From positions 12,777 through 76,776 of IMG/VR virus record IMGVR_UViG_3300047550_003584: a stretch of DNA of 64,000 nt; one strand, given 5' to 3'. This document shows positions 25,826-34,110 of this stretch, in pieces. The notes below the pieces were generated by a model. The model ran no database searches and was not told the origin of the DNA. It was given only the letters and a program-made list of their open reading frames with translations. Every line of letters starts with the position of its first letter. The stretch's first letter is position 1. Source of the DNA: a virus. A program made the position numbers and the translations under genes.

Positions 25826-25939
25826 ATGTTTGAATCCTTGTTTGCCGCCGTACTTCCGGTGTTAAAAGACATCTTGTGGGCAGCAGCCGGAGCGCTGATG
25901 ACCTATGCACTTAACAAATTCCAATCTCAATTCAACTAA
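25826..25939 (+). CDS. 37-aa hydrophobic peptide
   Basis: MFESLFAAVLPVLKDILWAAAGALMTYALNKFQSQFN, directly after the A7 leader. Confidence 0.6.
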   Translation: MFESLFAAVLPVLKDILWAAAGALMTYALNKFQSQFN

Positions 25940-25942
25940 GTC

Positions 25943-26656
25943 ATGTCACAAATTACCCAGGCTAAACTCAAGGACTTATCTGTTATCAAACTTTACGAGC
26001 ATTATGCTGCTCTCGAAAAGTCTTTGCCTCTTCTCACTCCTGAGTCCCAGGAACTGGCTAAAGCCGAGCTTGAATCTTGCGCCGACTTACGGTCAGAAAA
26101 AATTGATCGCATCTATTACGCCATGGCGGCGCATGAAGATGCCCTTGAACGCATCAAGAAAGAAGGTGATCTCATTACGCAAGCCAAGCGTCACCACGAA
26201 TCCCAACTGCGGTCGCTCAAAGGTTTGCTAAATTATTTGCGTCGTGTCCTACCACTGGACACGAACAAAATCACCGGTCGCAATTACCAGTTCACCCTTG
26301 TTAAAAAGAAAGAACTTACAGTCGAGGTCTCATCGGACCCGGAGTTTTGGCACTCTAAAGAAAGAGAACTTTATTGCGTTACAGAAGAAGTCACCACAAC
26401 TAAACGAGTTGTGTTACGTTCAATGTCAGGAGAAATCCTTAACGAAAGGATTGAACCCAAAACAACCACTAAAGTCCTCCCTAACCTTGATGCCATACGC
26501 AGCGCCTATCAAGAAGGTCAACAACTCCCAAGCGGAGTCAAAGTCCAACAAGAATACTCCGTCCGTTCCAAACGAATCTTCTCAGAACCACGACTGGACT
26601 TGGTATCATCCGAGTATCCAGGAGAGTTTCTACCAGAAGATTCCAGCGCCGACTGA
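25943..26656 (+). CDS. Siphovirus Gp157-like protein
   Basis: EKIDRI...IKKEGDLI...LKGLLNYL...DAIRSAYQEGQQLPSGVKV. Confidence 0.75.
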   Translation: MSQITQAKLKDLSVIKLYEHYAALEKSLPLLTPESQELAKAELESCADLRSEKIDRIYYAMAAHEDALERIKKEGDLITQAKRHHESQLRSLKGLLNYLRRVLPLDTNKITGRNYQFTLVKKKELTVEVSSDPEFWHSKERELYCVTEEVTTTKRVVLRSMSGEILNERIEPKTTTKVLPNLDAIRSAYQEGQQLPSGVKVQQEYSVRSKRIFSEPRLDLVSSEYPGEFLPEDSSAD

Positions 26657-26678
26657 TGGTGAAGACGCTCGTATCAAG

Positions 26679-26903
26679 ATGAGCTGTCATGATCATGCGA
26701 TTAAAGACTTTGATCTCCAACTGGAGATGAATGGTCTGCAAATGGAAATGCTTATGGAAGAGGGCAAGGTGTTAGACTACCACATGAGTGAGTATGAAGA
26801 CCTTGAGCAAAAAAAGCTCAAGCTTCTAGTTGGTAAACGGTTTCACCAAAATGCAGCTAATGCCTATTGGTATTGGACGCAACGGGAGAAAGCTGGTAAA
26901 TAA
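26679..26903 (+). CDS. Hypothetical protein (start uncertain)
   Basis: 3' part of the 26244-26903 frame. Confidence 0.55.
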   Translation: MSCHDHAIKDFDLQLEMNGLQMEMLMEEGKVLDYHMSEYEDLEQKKLKLLVGKRFHQNAANAYWYWTQREKAGK

Positions 26904-26937
26904 ACTGCAATACAATAAGTAAAGCAGTAGGAGTTCC

Positions 26938-27201
26938 ATGGGCGGTGATCCCGTTTTAAACAAATTAATTGCTGGGTTCACCCAAGATGGGACTCCTTTA
27001 TCAGCAACCATTGGTTCTAAAATGGAGCATGGTGTTGTCATTTTGACGGCAGCCATGCTTTCTAATGAAAACCTTGCTGCATCAATGGATGCAGAAGAGA
27101 TGGTAGATGCTGCCATCAATTACTACAACTTGATTCAAAAACGTCTTGGGTATTACCAAGAGCATCAGGCCCATTCCCTTGAGCGTTTGTTAGGCAGCTA
27201 A
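26938..27201 (+). CDS. Hypothetical protein
   Basis: 87 aa; SD-like GGAG and TACAAT upstream. Confidence 0.75.
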   Translation: MGGDPVLNKLIAGFTQDGTPLSATIGSKMEHGVVILTAAMLSNENLAASMDAEEMVDAAINYYNLIQKRLGYYQEHQAHSLERLLGS

Positions 27202-27236
27202 TTACTGCTACAGTAATTGCACCCTTACGACAAGGA

Positions 27237-27431
27237 ATGGAACCCGTCTACGTACCAAAGCTCACCGTGTCTTTTGCGGTTGACCTTGAGTTGGAGTACA
27301 ACTCTTTCGGCGGTAAAACCGCAGATGAAATTACAGAGGCCCTCCAAGACGAGCTGGATGATCTATTATTTGAGTTGCCTAACGTGACCGGTGTCTACAC
27401 AAGCTGTACTGCCATCCAATTCAATGACTGA
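27237..27431 (+). CDS. Hypothetical protein
   Basis: 64 aa. Confidence 0.7.
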   Translation: MEPVYVPKLTVSFAVDLELEYNSFGGKTADEITEALQDELDDLLFELPNVTGVYTSCTAIQFND

Positions 27432-27702
27432 CGACCTTGCCACCAGGCTCAATACAGCCGGTGCATTTGATACGCCTTGGCTCAAAGAACAACTGCAAAG
27501 TTGGAATGTAATTACTGAGCAAAAGAAAGCCGACTTTATGGAACACATGTACAAGTGTTCAGGTCGTACCAGCGGTCTTTACACTGGGCTATGGCAAGAC
27601 TTTTGCATCCGTGAAGCAGGCCCTATCATGCGGGAACGGTACTTTGAAATGCTCGAAGCAATCCGTCTCTATGAAGAAGGTTTGCTTGAACCTATTTCTT
27701 AA
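27424..27702 (+). CDS. Hypothetical protein
   Basis: KADFMEHMY..SGR..GLYTGLWQ motif. Confidence 0.75.
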   Translation: MTDDLATRLNTAGAFDTPWLKEQLQSWNVITEQKKADFMEHMYKCSGRTSGLYTGLWQDFCIREAGPIMRERYFEMLEAIRLYEEGLLEPIS

Positions 27703-27729
27703 GGTTTACACTGAACTGACACATTTGTT

Positions 27730-27762
27730 AGGGCGTGCCACGATAGTGGTGCGTCCCTTTTA
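27730..27762 (+). terminator. Probable terminator
   Basis: GGGCGTGCCAC-GATA-GTGGTGCGTCC-CTTTT. Confidence 0.55.
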
Positions 27763-27765
27763 GTT

Positions 27766-28110
27766 ATGACTACAGCCAACGAACCTGTCGAGGCCATTGC
27801 TAAATGGCAAGAGTGGTATCGCAAACATCGTGTTGTTCCTGAAATTAACGCACCACTTGTCACCCAAGATTCTGGTACTCTGGATGCCAGCAACAATCTA
27901 TTGACTGACTACTGCACAACTATGTCATTTGAAAAAGCCAAAGAGTATTTTGCCGATACTCTTGCTGAATTTGCCAATGAGTTATCCGGCAAAGAACTCT
28001 ACAAAGCTTTCTATGCCGCTGCCATGGACAACATGGATTGCGCAGAAAAAGAATACAACAAAGCCAAGCAACTTGTTGACATGCTACGTCATAACAATGT
28101 CGCGCCTTAA
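27766..28110 (+). CDS. Hypothetical protein
   Basis: 114 aa. Confidence 0.7.
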   Translation: MTTANEPVEAIAKWQEWYRKHRVVPEINAPLVTQDSGTLDASNNLLTDYCTTMSFEKAKEYFADTLAEFANELSGKELYKAFYAAAMDNMDCAEKEYNKAKQLVDMLRHNNVAP

Positions 28111-28351
28111 AGATCCCGACTACCCAACTTGGGTCTGTGATACCTGTGGCCAAGACTATGGCACCTGGTACAAAAAGGGTTCCTACATTGGACCGCCACA
28201 TCACTATGCCACTTATCACAACGGTACATGTGGTGTCTGTGGTGCAGAAAACATCCCCGTCACGGAGCCCAGGGACTATGGGCATCTAGCTGGTGAGTGG
28301 AGGGCTGCGATAATAAAGAGACGTAAGCCTAAGTCCGATGCCAATCTATAG
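28097..28351 (+). CDS. Small zinc-binding protein
   Basis: WVCDTCG...ATYHNGTCGVCG...VTEPRDYGHL. Confidence 0.75.
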   Translation: MSRLKDPDYPTWVCDTCGQDYGTWYKKGSYIGPPHHYATYHNGTCGVCGAENIPVTEPRDYGHLAGEWRAAIIKRRKPKSDANL

Positions 28352-29657
28352 AGAAGCAGGCGAACCTCTTTTATATGAAGTTGTAAAGGTACAAACTTGC
28401 AGTGGTCAACCCCTTGAGGTAACTACTGCAAGTGGTAATACTGTTTATATACAACCGGCAACTACGGCAGGTGATGCGTTTGGGCGGCTGCGGACGTCAA
28501 GTCCGCTGACGCTTTTTGATTCCAGTCATCGTTATCGCGATAATGGATTGTGGGCTACTTCCACAGGAACAGGTGGTACCTACACATTTAGTAGTGGAGA
28601 AGGTCTTGTCAACCTAAATGTAACCACCGCGTCCGGCGCGGAAGTTCTTAGAGAAACCACCAAAGTGTGCTCATACCAACCAGGGAAATCCCTGCAGGTT
28701 ATGAATACATTTGTCATGGCTTCTGGTAAAGCAAACCTGAGACAACGGGTTGGTTACTATGGCACGGATAATGGCATCTACATTGAAGTTAGTGGGGTTA
28801 GTGCTCCTTCTTTTGTTGAAAGGAACTCCGTGTCAGGCGTTGTTGCTGAAACACGAGTTCCTCAGACCCAGTGGAATGTAGACCAGCTAGATGGCAATGG
28901 CCCTTCTGGTTTTACGCTTGACATCACCAAAGCTCAGATCCATTGGATTGATGTGGAATGGTTGGGGCTTGGTACCGTGCGTACTGGTTTTGTAATCAAT
29001 GGGCAACTAGTCCATTGCCATTCATTTCACCATGCAAATCTTATTGCTTCAACCTATATGACAACGGCGTCTTTGCCGGTGCGTTATGAAATCACAAACC
29101 TTGGTACGACTGCAAGCAGCAGCACACTGAAACAAGTATGTACAACAGTGCTATCAGAAGGTGGCTACGAATTACGTGGTGCACAGTCCTCTATTGGTAC
29201 ACCGATTGCCTCTCCGCGTGATTTAACAAATACCTCAACGGATTATCCGGTTGTTGCAATTCGTCTTAAATCAACTCGTCTTGATGCGGTTGTTATCTTG
29301 ACCGCTATTTCTTTAATGGGCATTACCAATAACTCCAACTACAACTGGAAAGTTATTGTTGGTGGTGCAACCAGTGGTGGAACATGGTCTGAAGTAAGTT
29401 CTGATTCTTCGGTTGAATACAACATTACTGGCACGTCTTATACCCAAGGAACAGGGCGGGTGCTAGCTGGCGGTTTTGCCACAGGTTCCAACCAAGGATC
29501 AACTGTGATTGACATCTTGAAAGAAGCATTGTTTAAATTCCAGCTAGAACGTAATAGTTTTACTAGTACGCCAACAGAACTTACGCTTGTGTGCAGCAGT
29601 GCCCAGGCTGGATCCGATGTGCTGGCTTCTTTAGACTGGGAAGAAATTTCAAGATGA
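28338..29657 (+). CDS. Virion structural protein (beta-rich; decoration/tail)
   Basis: DAFGRLRTSSPLTLFDS, YQPGKS, IDVEWLGLGTVRTGF, WEEI C-terminus; family common in cyanophages. Confidence 0.75.
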   Translation: MPIYREAGEPLLYEVVKVQTCSGQPLEVTTASGNTVYIQPATTAGDAFGRLRTSSPLTLFDSSHRYRDNGLWATSTGTGGTYTFSSGEGLVNLNVTTASGAEVLRETTKVCSYQPGKSLQVMNTFVMASGKANLRQRVGYYGTDNGIYIEVSGVSAPSFVERNSVSGVVAETRVPQTQWNVDQLDGNGPSGFTLDITKAQIHWIDVEWLGLGTVRTGFVINGQLVHCHSFHHANLIASTYMTTASLPVRYEITNLGTTASSSTLKQVCTTVLSEGGYELRGAQSSIGTPIASPRDLTNTSTDYPVVAIRLKSTRLDAVVILTAISLMGITNNSNYNWKVIVGGATSGGTWSEVSSDSSVEYNITGTSYTQGTGRVLAGGFATGSNQGSTVIDILKEALFKFQLERNSFTSTPTELTLVCSSAQAGSDVLASLDWEEISR

Positions 29658-29701
29658 GTCGTTAATACGCTATAATTTACAGGCGCGTTACCGCTTGTTT
29701 T

Positions 29702-30259
29702 GTGTCCATCCTCTTAAAAAACAGGCTTTCCCTAAAAGCCCATCGTACTTTGATTGAAGGACGCTTCTACATTTGTACAGAATCCCCCAGTGGATTGCGG
29801 TATAAAGTAAACTTACGTGGCTCTGCCAAAGCAGGTGCTGTTGCAGGTTCTTGTAATCACAACGGTTATTGGCAAATTGGTATCCGCATAAATGGAACAT
29901 ATAAAAAATTTCAAGCACATCGTATTGTTTATTTTCTTCAAACAGGTACAGATCCCGGTGAGTTAATTGTTGATCACGCACAAGGAGTTGAAAACCCGCT
30001 TGATTTAAGGGGAGGTACTCAAAGCGATAACTTAGGTAACGCAAAAAAAAGATTGTTGGTAAATGGTAAACCAACAACAAGCAAATACAAAGGAGTTAGT
30101 TGGTTTACTTCCACACAAAAATGGCGAGTTGAAATAAGACATCAAGGTAAATCAATTCATCTTGGTTATTTTGACGATGAAGTTACTGCTGCTTTGATGT
30201 ATGATGCAAAAGCATTTGAGTTACGTGGAGACAAAGCACGTTTAAACTTTCCGCATTAG
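29702..30259 (+). CDS. HNH endonuclease with AP2 domain
   Basis: AHRIVY..IVDH..N; SKYKGVSW..KWRVEI..HLGYFDDE. Confidence 0.92.
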   Translation: MSILLKNRLSLKAHRTLIEGRFYICTESPSGLRYKVNLRGSAKAGAVAGSCNHNGYWQIGIRINGTYKKFQAHRIVYFLQTGTDPGELIVDHAQGVENPLDLRGGTQSDNLGNAKKRLLVNGKPTTSKYKGVSWFTSTQKWRVEIRHQGKSIHLGYFDDEVTAALMYDAKAFELRGDKARLNFPH

Positions 30260-30292
30260 CCGCTGATAAACTAGAACTATTGAGAAAACACC

Positions 30293-30835
30293 ATGTATAC
30301 TCCTGGTCCTCAAACGCAACAACCACCCCAGATGGGGGTGACTCCAGAGCCGCAAGCAAAGCCCAAGGCGCCTGGTAAATCAAAGAATGGTGATGTTGGG
30401 GCCTTTATCCAGCAATGTATTTCCCTCTGCTCCTACCTCAAGGAACTTCAAACACAAGCGCACTTGGTCCATTTAAATTTTGAGGGATCAAACTTTCTTG
30501 GCGTGCATGCTTTTCTTAAAGAACAATATGAAGCTCATCTAGAACAGTTTGATACGTTAGGTGAGTTTATTCGTTCTTTAGATTATTTAATGCCGATGTG
30601 CGCCAGGGGGCTGGCAGATGCTGGCCCAGGTATTCAGCATGTTACTAGCTATAAAGGTACTGATCAACTTGCTACGTACTACAAAAATCTTGAAGAGCTT
30701 GGCATGAAAGCTAAAAAACTTGAGCCTATTGCGGCCAAGGTAGGTGCTATTGACGTGCAAAATTATATGGCAGAGCTTTGCGGCCAAGCTTTTAAAGCTG
30801 CTTGGTTCTGTAAAGCTACTCTACGTAATGGGTAA
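30293..30835 (+). CDS. dps: Dps/ferritin-like protein
   Basis: HLVHLNFEGSNFLGVHAFLKEQY...FDTLGEFIRSL retains the H, H, D, E ferroxidase pattern. Confidence 0.85.
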   Translation: MYTPGPQTQQPPQMGVTPEPQAKPKAPGKSKNGDVGAFIQQCISLCSYLKELQTQAHLVHLNFEGSNFLGVHAFLKEQYEAHLEQFDTLGEFIRSLDYLMPMCARGLADAGPGIQHVTSYKGTDQLATYYKNLEELGMKAKKLEPIAAKVGAIDVQNYMAELCGQAFKAAWFCKATLRNG

Positions 30836-31070
30836 GACGGTGACAGTTGCAACATAATAGTATACACTTGCTAATCTCTTCTTCTACGCGTTTCCAGGCG
30901 TAGCCATGGTTCACCATGCTGGAGATGTTATTGTCCTTGTCTCCAATGTGGTGGAACTCAAGGACACGATGATCATTCAAACCACACTTCTCGCATTGCA
31001 GAGTCTTCTTGTACTCCAGAAGCTTTTGTCGGTTCTTGTTGATGCGTTCCTTGGATTGGCTCCAGGGCAT
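30816..31070 (-). CDS. Small HNH endonuclease
   Basis: CEKCG..LEFHH..EISKCILLCCNCHR. Confidence 0.85.
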   Translation of the reverse strand: MPWSQSKERINKNRQKLLEYKKTLQCEKCGLNDHRVLEFHHIGDKDNNISSMVNHGYAWKRVEEEISKCILLCCNCHRLTHYVE

Positions 31071-31123
31071 TTATAAAATTTATTCGTGTAATTAATATAA
31101 CGCTTTTATTGATGTTTGTTATA

Positions 31124-31195
31124 TCGAGATGACAGGGATTGAACCTGTGACCCTCTGCTCCCAAAGCAGATGCGCTACCGCTGCGCTACATCTCG
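31124..31195 (-). tRNA. trnP: tRNA-Pro(UGG)
   Basis: CGAGATG/CATCTCG acceptor, TCTGC-TTTGGGA-GCAGA, ACAGG-TTCAATC-CCTGT; no encoded CCA. Confidence 0.95.
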
Positions 31196-31198
31196 GAG

Positions 31199-31282
31199 CA
31201 GGGCAAGAGTATCCGCCTACGATAATCTACGATGCGGCCTAGGGGACTCTTTGTTTAATGCAACGTTCCTTGTTGCACCCTG
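31199..31282 (-). ncRNA. Unassigned structured RNA
   Basis: CAGGG/CCCTG closing stem; TGCAAC/GTTGCA, AAGAGT/ACTCTT and CCGC/GCGG stems. Confidence 0.65.
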
Positions 31283-31283
31283 A

Positions 31284-31354
31284 TCGGTCGTGCTGGAATC
31301 GAACCAACTTTCTCGTGCATTGTCTGCCCGTCCTTACCAATAGACTACCGACCG
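31284..31354 (-). tRNA. tRNA-like RNA with aberrant anticodon arm
   Basis: Acceptor CGGTCG/CGACCG, D arm GTCT-ATTGGTAA-GGAC, T arm GTTGG-TTCGATT-CCAGC; anticodon arm short and lacking U33. Confidence 0.7.
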
Positions 31355-31359
31355 AGTGA

Positions 31360-31441
31360 CCCCCTGGTTTGTGCATCATCCTGAAAACCATTTTGTTGAC
31401 GTCAACAAAATGGTCTACGTATCGGAGCTAAGCATAGGGGG
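31360..31441 (-). ncRNA. Unassigned structured RNA containing a 28-bp perfect palindrome
   Basis: CCCCCT/AGGGGG closing stem; ACCATTTTGTTGACGTCAACAAAATGGT at 31387-31414. Confidence 0.6.
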
Positions 31442-31448
31442 TGTTGTT

Positions 31449-31533
31449 AATAGATGGATGCAGTGTAACTGGCTTACCGACAATCGGGCTGTGAGTTAAC
31501 CAGGCGTATCCAGACAGTGACTGCACCTCTATC
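31449..31533 (-). ncRNA. Unassigned structured RNA
   Basis: ATAGA-GGTGCAGT/ACTGCATC-TCTAT closing helix; internal CTGGTTA/TAAGCCAG and CCGA/TCGG stems. Confidence 0.55.
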
Positions 31534-31537
31534 ATTG

Positions 31538-31690
31538 TTACTCCGGGGCCTTTGCTGACAGAGAGCAAAGGTTGGTAACCCGGAGAGGCCAGAATAAATC
31601 CTGGACTTAATCTTGGGCTCTCCTTCTAGGCTATCTGCCTAACGAGTCACCCAGCCTTCGCGCTTGCCGAATCGGTCCCCGGCGCATCAG
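31538..31690 (-). ncRNA. manA-RNA-motif-like element
   Basis: GCGCCGGG...GACTCGTTAGGCAGATAGCCTAGAAGGAGAGCC...CTCCGGG/CCCGGAG, recalled as similar to manA RNAs found beside cyanophage tRNAs; not verified. Confidence 0.5.
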
Positions 31691-31725
31691 CGGCCAACTG
31701 AGCCCCATCGAAAGAGAGGGGGAAC

Positions 31726-32382
31726 TCACATATTATACACACAACTTACATCACGGTACTTTAAAAACGTGTCATACATGAAATGATCTGACGTCTCAAT
31801 CATCCGTGAGTTCTCAACACTGTACTCATTCAGGTCAATCTCGTAGCCAGGGTTCTTATCAATCCTGTTGCGTAGCCAAGCGTCATCGTACCAAATGATT
31901 TTGTTATTGGGGTACGCGTAGAAGTTTCCGTTGTCCATACGAAAGAAATGCGCACACTTATGTTCAGGCGTTTCGCTGAAGTTAGTGTTAAGAGTTGCTT
32001 TGGATTCCCAAGACCAATCCAGCGTGAACATGTAAACGCCTTGATTGCGTTCTTCTTTGTAGTTAATTAGCTCTGCGCGTAAGTTGGCAAGACGTGAGCG
32101 CACCTGCACATCGATATAGGGAGAGAAGCAATCCCACCACATACACTCGTTCAACACAGGGACTGGTGCATCTGGTTTCCAGCACAACGCATGGATTGGG
32201 CGACGGGTCCAGTTGACGCCATTCTCCAGAAACACCTCAAACAAAGGTACGCGTTTCTCCAGGGATGCTACAGAGTGTACGTCGCAAGGCGTTACCTCGC
32301 CCTGACCTTGCTTGTGGTTGTATAAAAACTCGTTGCGTATATAGCAAGTGAAGGTAGGTAGGTTGTGGTTGAGATATGCCAC
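31726..32382 (-). CDS. Conserved phage hypothetical protein
   Basis: MAYLNHNLP..YIRNEFLY...WWDCFS...YMFTLDW...EHKCAH...GNFYAYPNN. Confidence 0.85.
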   Translation of the reverse strand: MAYLNHNLPTFTCYIRNEFLYNHKQGQGEVTPCDVHSVASLEKRVPLFEVFLENGVNWTRRPIHALCWKPDAPVPVLNECMWWDCFSPYIDVQVRSRLANLRAELINYKEERNQGVYMFTLDWSWESKATLNTNFSETPEHKCAHFFRMDNGNFYAYPNNKIIWYDDAWLRNRIDKNPGYEIDLNEYSVENSRMIETSDHFMYDTFLKYRDVSCVYNM

Positions 32383-32500
32383 AAAAAATCCCGGTTGTTA
32401 TACCGGGATCTTAGCTTCCTTCCTTGCTCTTGTGAGCACTACATTCATAACGTGAAAGGGGTTTCGACTATTACCCCTAGAGCGAAATTGCTCCGTGTGT
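32383..32500 (-). ncRNA. Putative small RNA ending in a terminator
   Basis: Hairpins GAGC/GCTC, AGGGG/CCCCT, TGCTC/GAGCA, then ATCCCGGT/ACCGGGAT-TTTTT. Confidence 0.5.
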
Positions 32501-32521
32501 CAGGATATCACAACACGAGCG

Positions 32522-32671
32522 TTACTTTTTCTTTTTGGCTGCCGCTTCTTTTTTCTTGGCAATCATTTCTTTAAACTTGTCGCGTGCTTCGGTCTGCTTG
32601 GCAGATGCACCACCTTTGCCCTTAGGAGGCACAGCACCTTTCTTGGGAGGCACGGGTTTCTTTTTTTCCAT
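32522..32671 (-). CDS. Small Lys-rich basic protein
   Basis: MEKKKPVPPKKGAVPPKGKGG...AAAKKKK (49 aa). Confidence 0.7.
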   Translation of the reverse strand: MEKKKPVPPKKGAVPPKGKGGASAKQTEARDKFKEMIAKKKEAAAKKKK

Positions 32672-32715
32672 GGTAAAAAGGAATCTTTGTTAAGTATAGG
32701 AGCTGTTAATTGTAA

Positions 32716-33600
32716 TTACCAAGCCCAAACACGAACATAACCACTGGCGCCATTACCACCAGCGCCGGAATTACCAGATCCGCTGCCGCCTCCACCGCCG
32801 CCTCCGCCGCCAGGAAAAGCTCCATCACCGCCGTTCCCGCCAGTACCGGTAGAACCACCGCCACCGCCACCGCCATCACCTCTTGTAGAACCTGCAACAC
32901 CTGAACCGCCTCCAGTTCCTCCCGCACCGCCACCACCTAAAGCTGTTGATCCGGTAGCGCTATTTTTTTGTTCAGAAAATCCTTCTCCGCCCGCAGCGCC
33001 TGTAGTTGTAGCGTTAATGGTTGTAGCACCACCGCCACCACCGCCACCACCTGGTCCTAAAGATGCTCTAGTAGCGCTTGTTGCAGTTCCTCCGCTAATA
33101 GAAGCAGTTCCACCCGAACCTCCATATAAACCGTTTGCACTAAAACCATATTGACTAACTGTTCCTGCAGTAATTGATACAGTACTACCGCCACCGCCAC
33201 CAGTGCTACTTGCAGTAATAAGTAAAGTTCCAAAAGAAGAAGAACCTCCATCGCCTCCTGGGCTACCGTCTCCAGTACTTGTACGTGCAGCTCCACCTGT
33301 GCCTCCTGCACCAACTGTAACCGTTACAGTTGCACCAACTTCGGAAGCTGGAAACCAACGACTAACAAATTTTCCTCCTGCACCTCCTGCACCTCCTGGT
33401 CGTGCAGTTGAAGTAGTGGCATTTTTACGCCCACTGCCGCCACCACCACCACCACCAACGCACTCAACATAAACAAAGCTTACGTTGTCTGGCTTTGTCC
33501 AGGTCCCATTACTTGTAAATTCTTGATATGAAAGCGTGGCTGAAGAAGAAGAACCTGTATTATCAAACGTCCCAGTAAAGGGATTAAACTCGTAGGCCAT
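32716..33600 (-). CDS. Glycine-rich tail-fibre-like protein
   Basis: FTSNGTWTKP..VECVGGGGGGG...GNGASGYVRV. Confidence 0.85.
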   Translation of the reverse strand: MAYEFNPFTGTFDNTGSSSSATLSYQEFTSNGTWTKPDNVSFVYVECVGGGGGGGSGRKNATTSTARPGGAGGAGGKFVSRWFPASEVGATVTVTVGAGGTGGAARTSTGDGSPGGDGGSSSFGTLLITASSTGGGGGSTVSITAGTVSQYGFSANGLYGGSGGTASISGGTATSATRASLGPGGGGGGGGATTINATTTGAAGGEGFSEQKNSATGSTALGGGGAGGTGGGSGVAGSTRGDGGGGGGGSTGTGGNGGDGAFPGGGGGGGGGSGSGNSGAGGNGASGYVRVWAW

Positions 33601-33604
33601 TTAA

Positions 33605-33847
33605 TTAACTCTTGGTAACGCTTGTTAAATTCCCGCCGCTATATGTAAGTGCTAGTGTTGCAATAGTTGTGCCACCTGAGCCTCCTGTTTTGTATTCAAC
33701 ACCTGTCAAAGTAGTGCCGCTATAGCTTAAAGAAATATGGTCATAGCTAGGAATACTAAAGCCTTCTTTAATTTCTAAAGGTTTTCCGCTAACTGTTGAT
33801 ACTTTGTAATGCGTATATAGCGCATTACCCTCCCAAACATTTGGCAT
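33605..33847 (-). CDS. Small virion protein
   Basis: IPSYDHISLSY..LTGVEYKTGG..ATLALTYSGGNLTSVTKS. Confidence 0.75.
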   Translation of the reverse strand: MPNVWEGNALYTHYKVSTVSGKPLEIKEGFSIPSYDHISLSYSGTTLTGVEYKTGGSGGTTIATLALTYSGGNLTSVTKS

Positions 33848-33897
33848 TTTTATTCTCCTGGTAACTCTATTTTATCAAATAAAACTGTTGGACAGTT

Positions 33898-34110
33898 TTA
33901 TTTGCTGTTTTTCTTGTAGCGTTTTGCTACACGGGCAGCACGTCCTGCTTTTTTTGCGGTATCTGTGTTAGGTACAAACTGTTTACCTTCGCGGCTACCA
34001 GCTCTTTTCTTTTGATCTGTCTCTTGACGCTCTTCTTTAGACAGCGATGCCCACGCAGCCTTTGGTAGGTAACGCTTGGTATATCCCTTTTGTATAGCCT
34101 TGTCTGGCAT
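33898..34110 (-). CDS. Basic protein (C-terminal half of DUF5872-like family)
   Basis: RYLPKAAWASLS..TDQKKRAGSREGKQFVPNT. Confidence 0.75.
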   Translation of the reverse strand: MPDKAIQKGYTKRYLPKAAWASLSKEERQETDQKKRAGSREGKQFVPNTDTAKKAGRAARVAKRYKKNSK

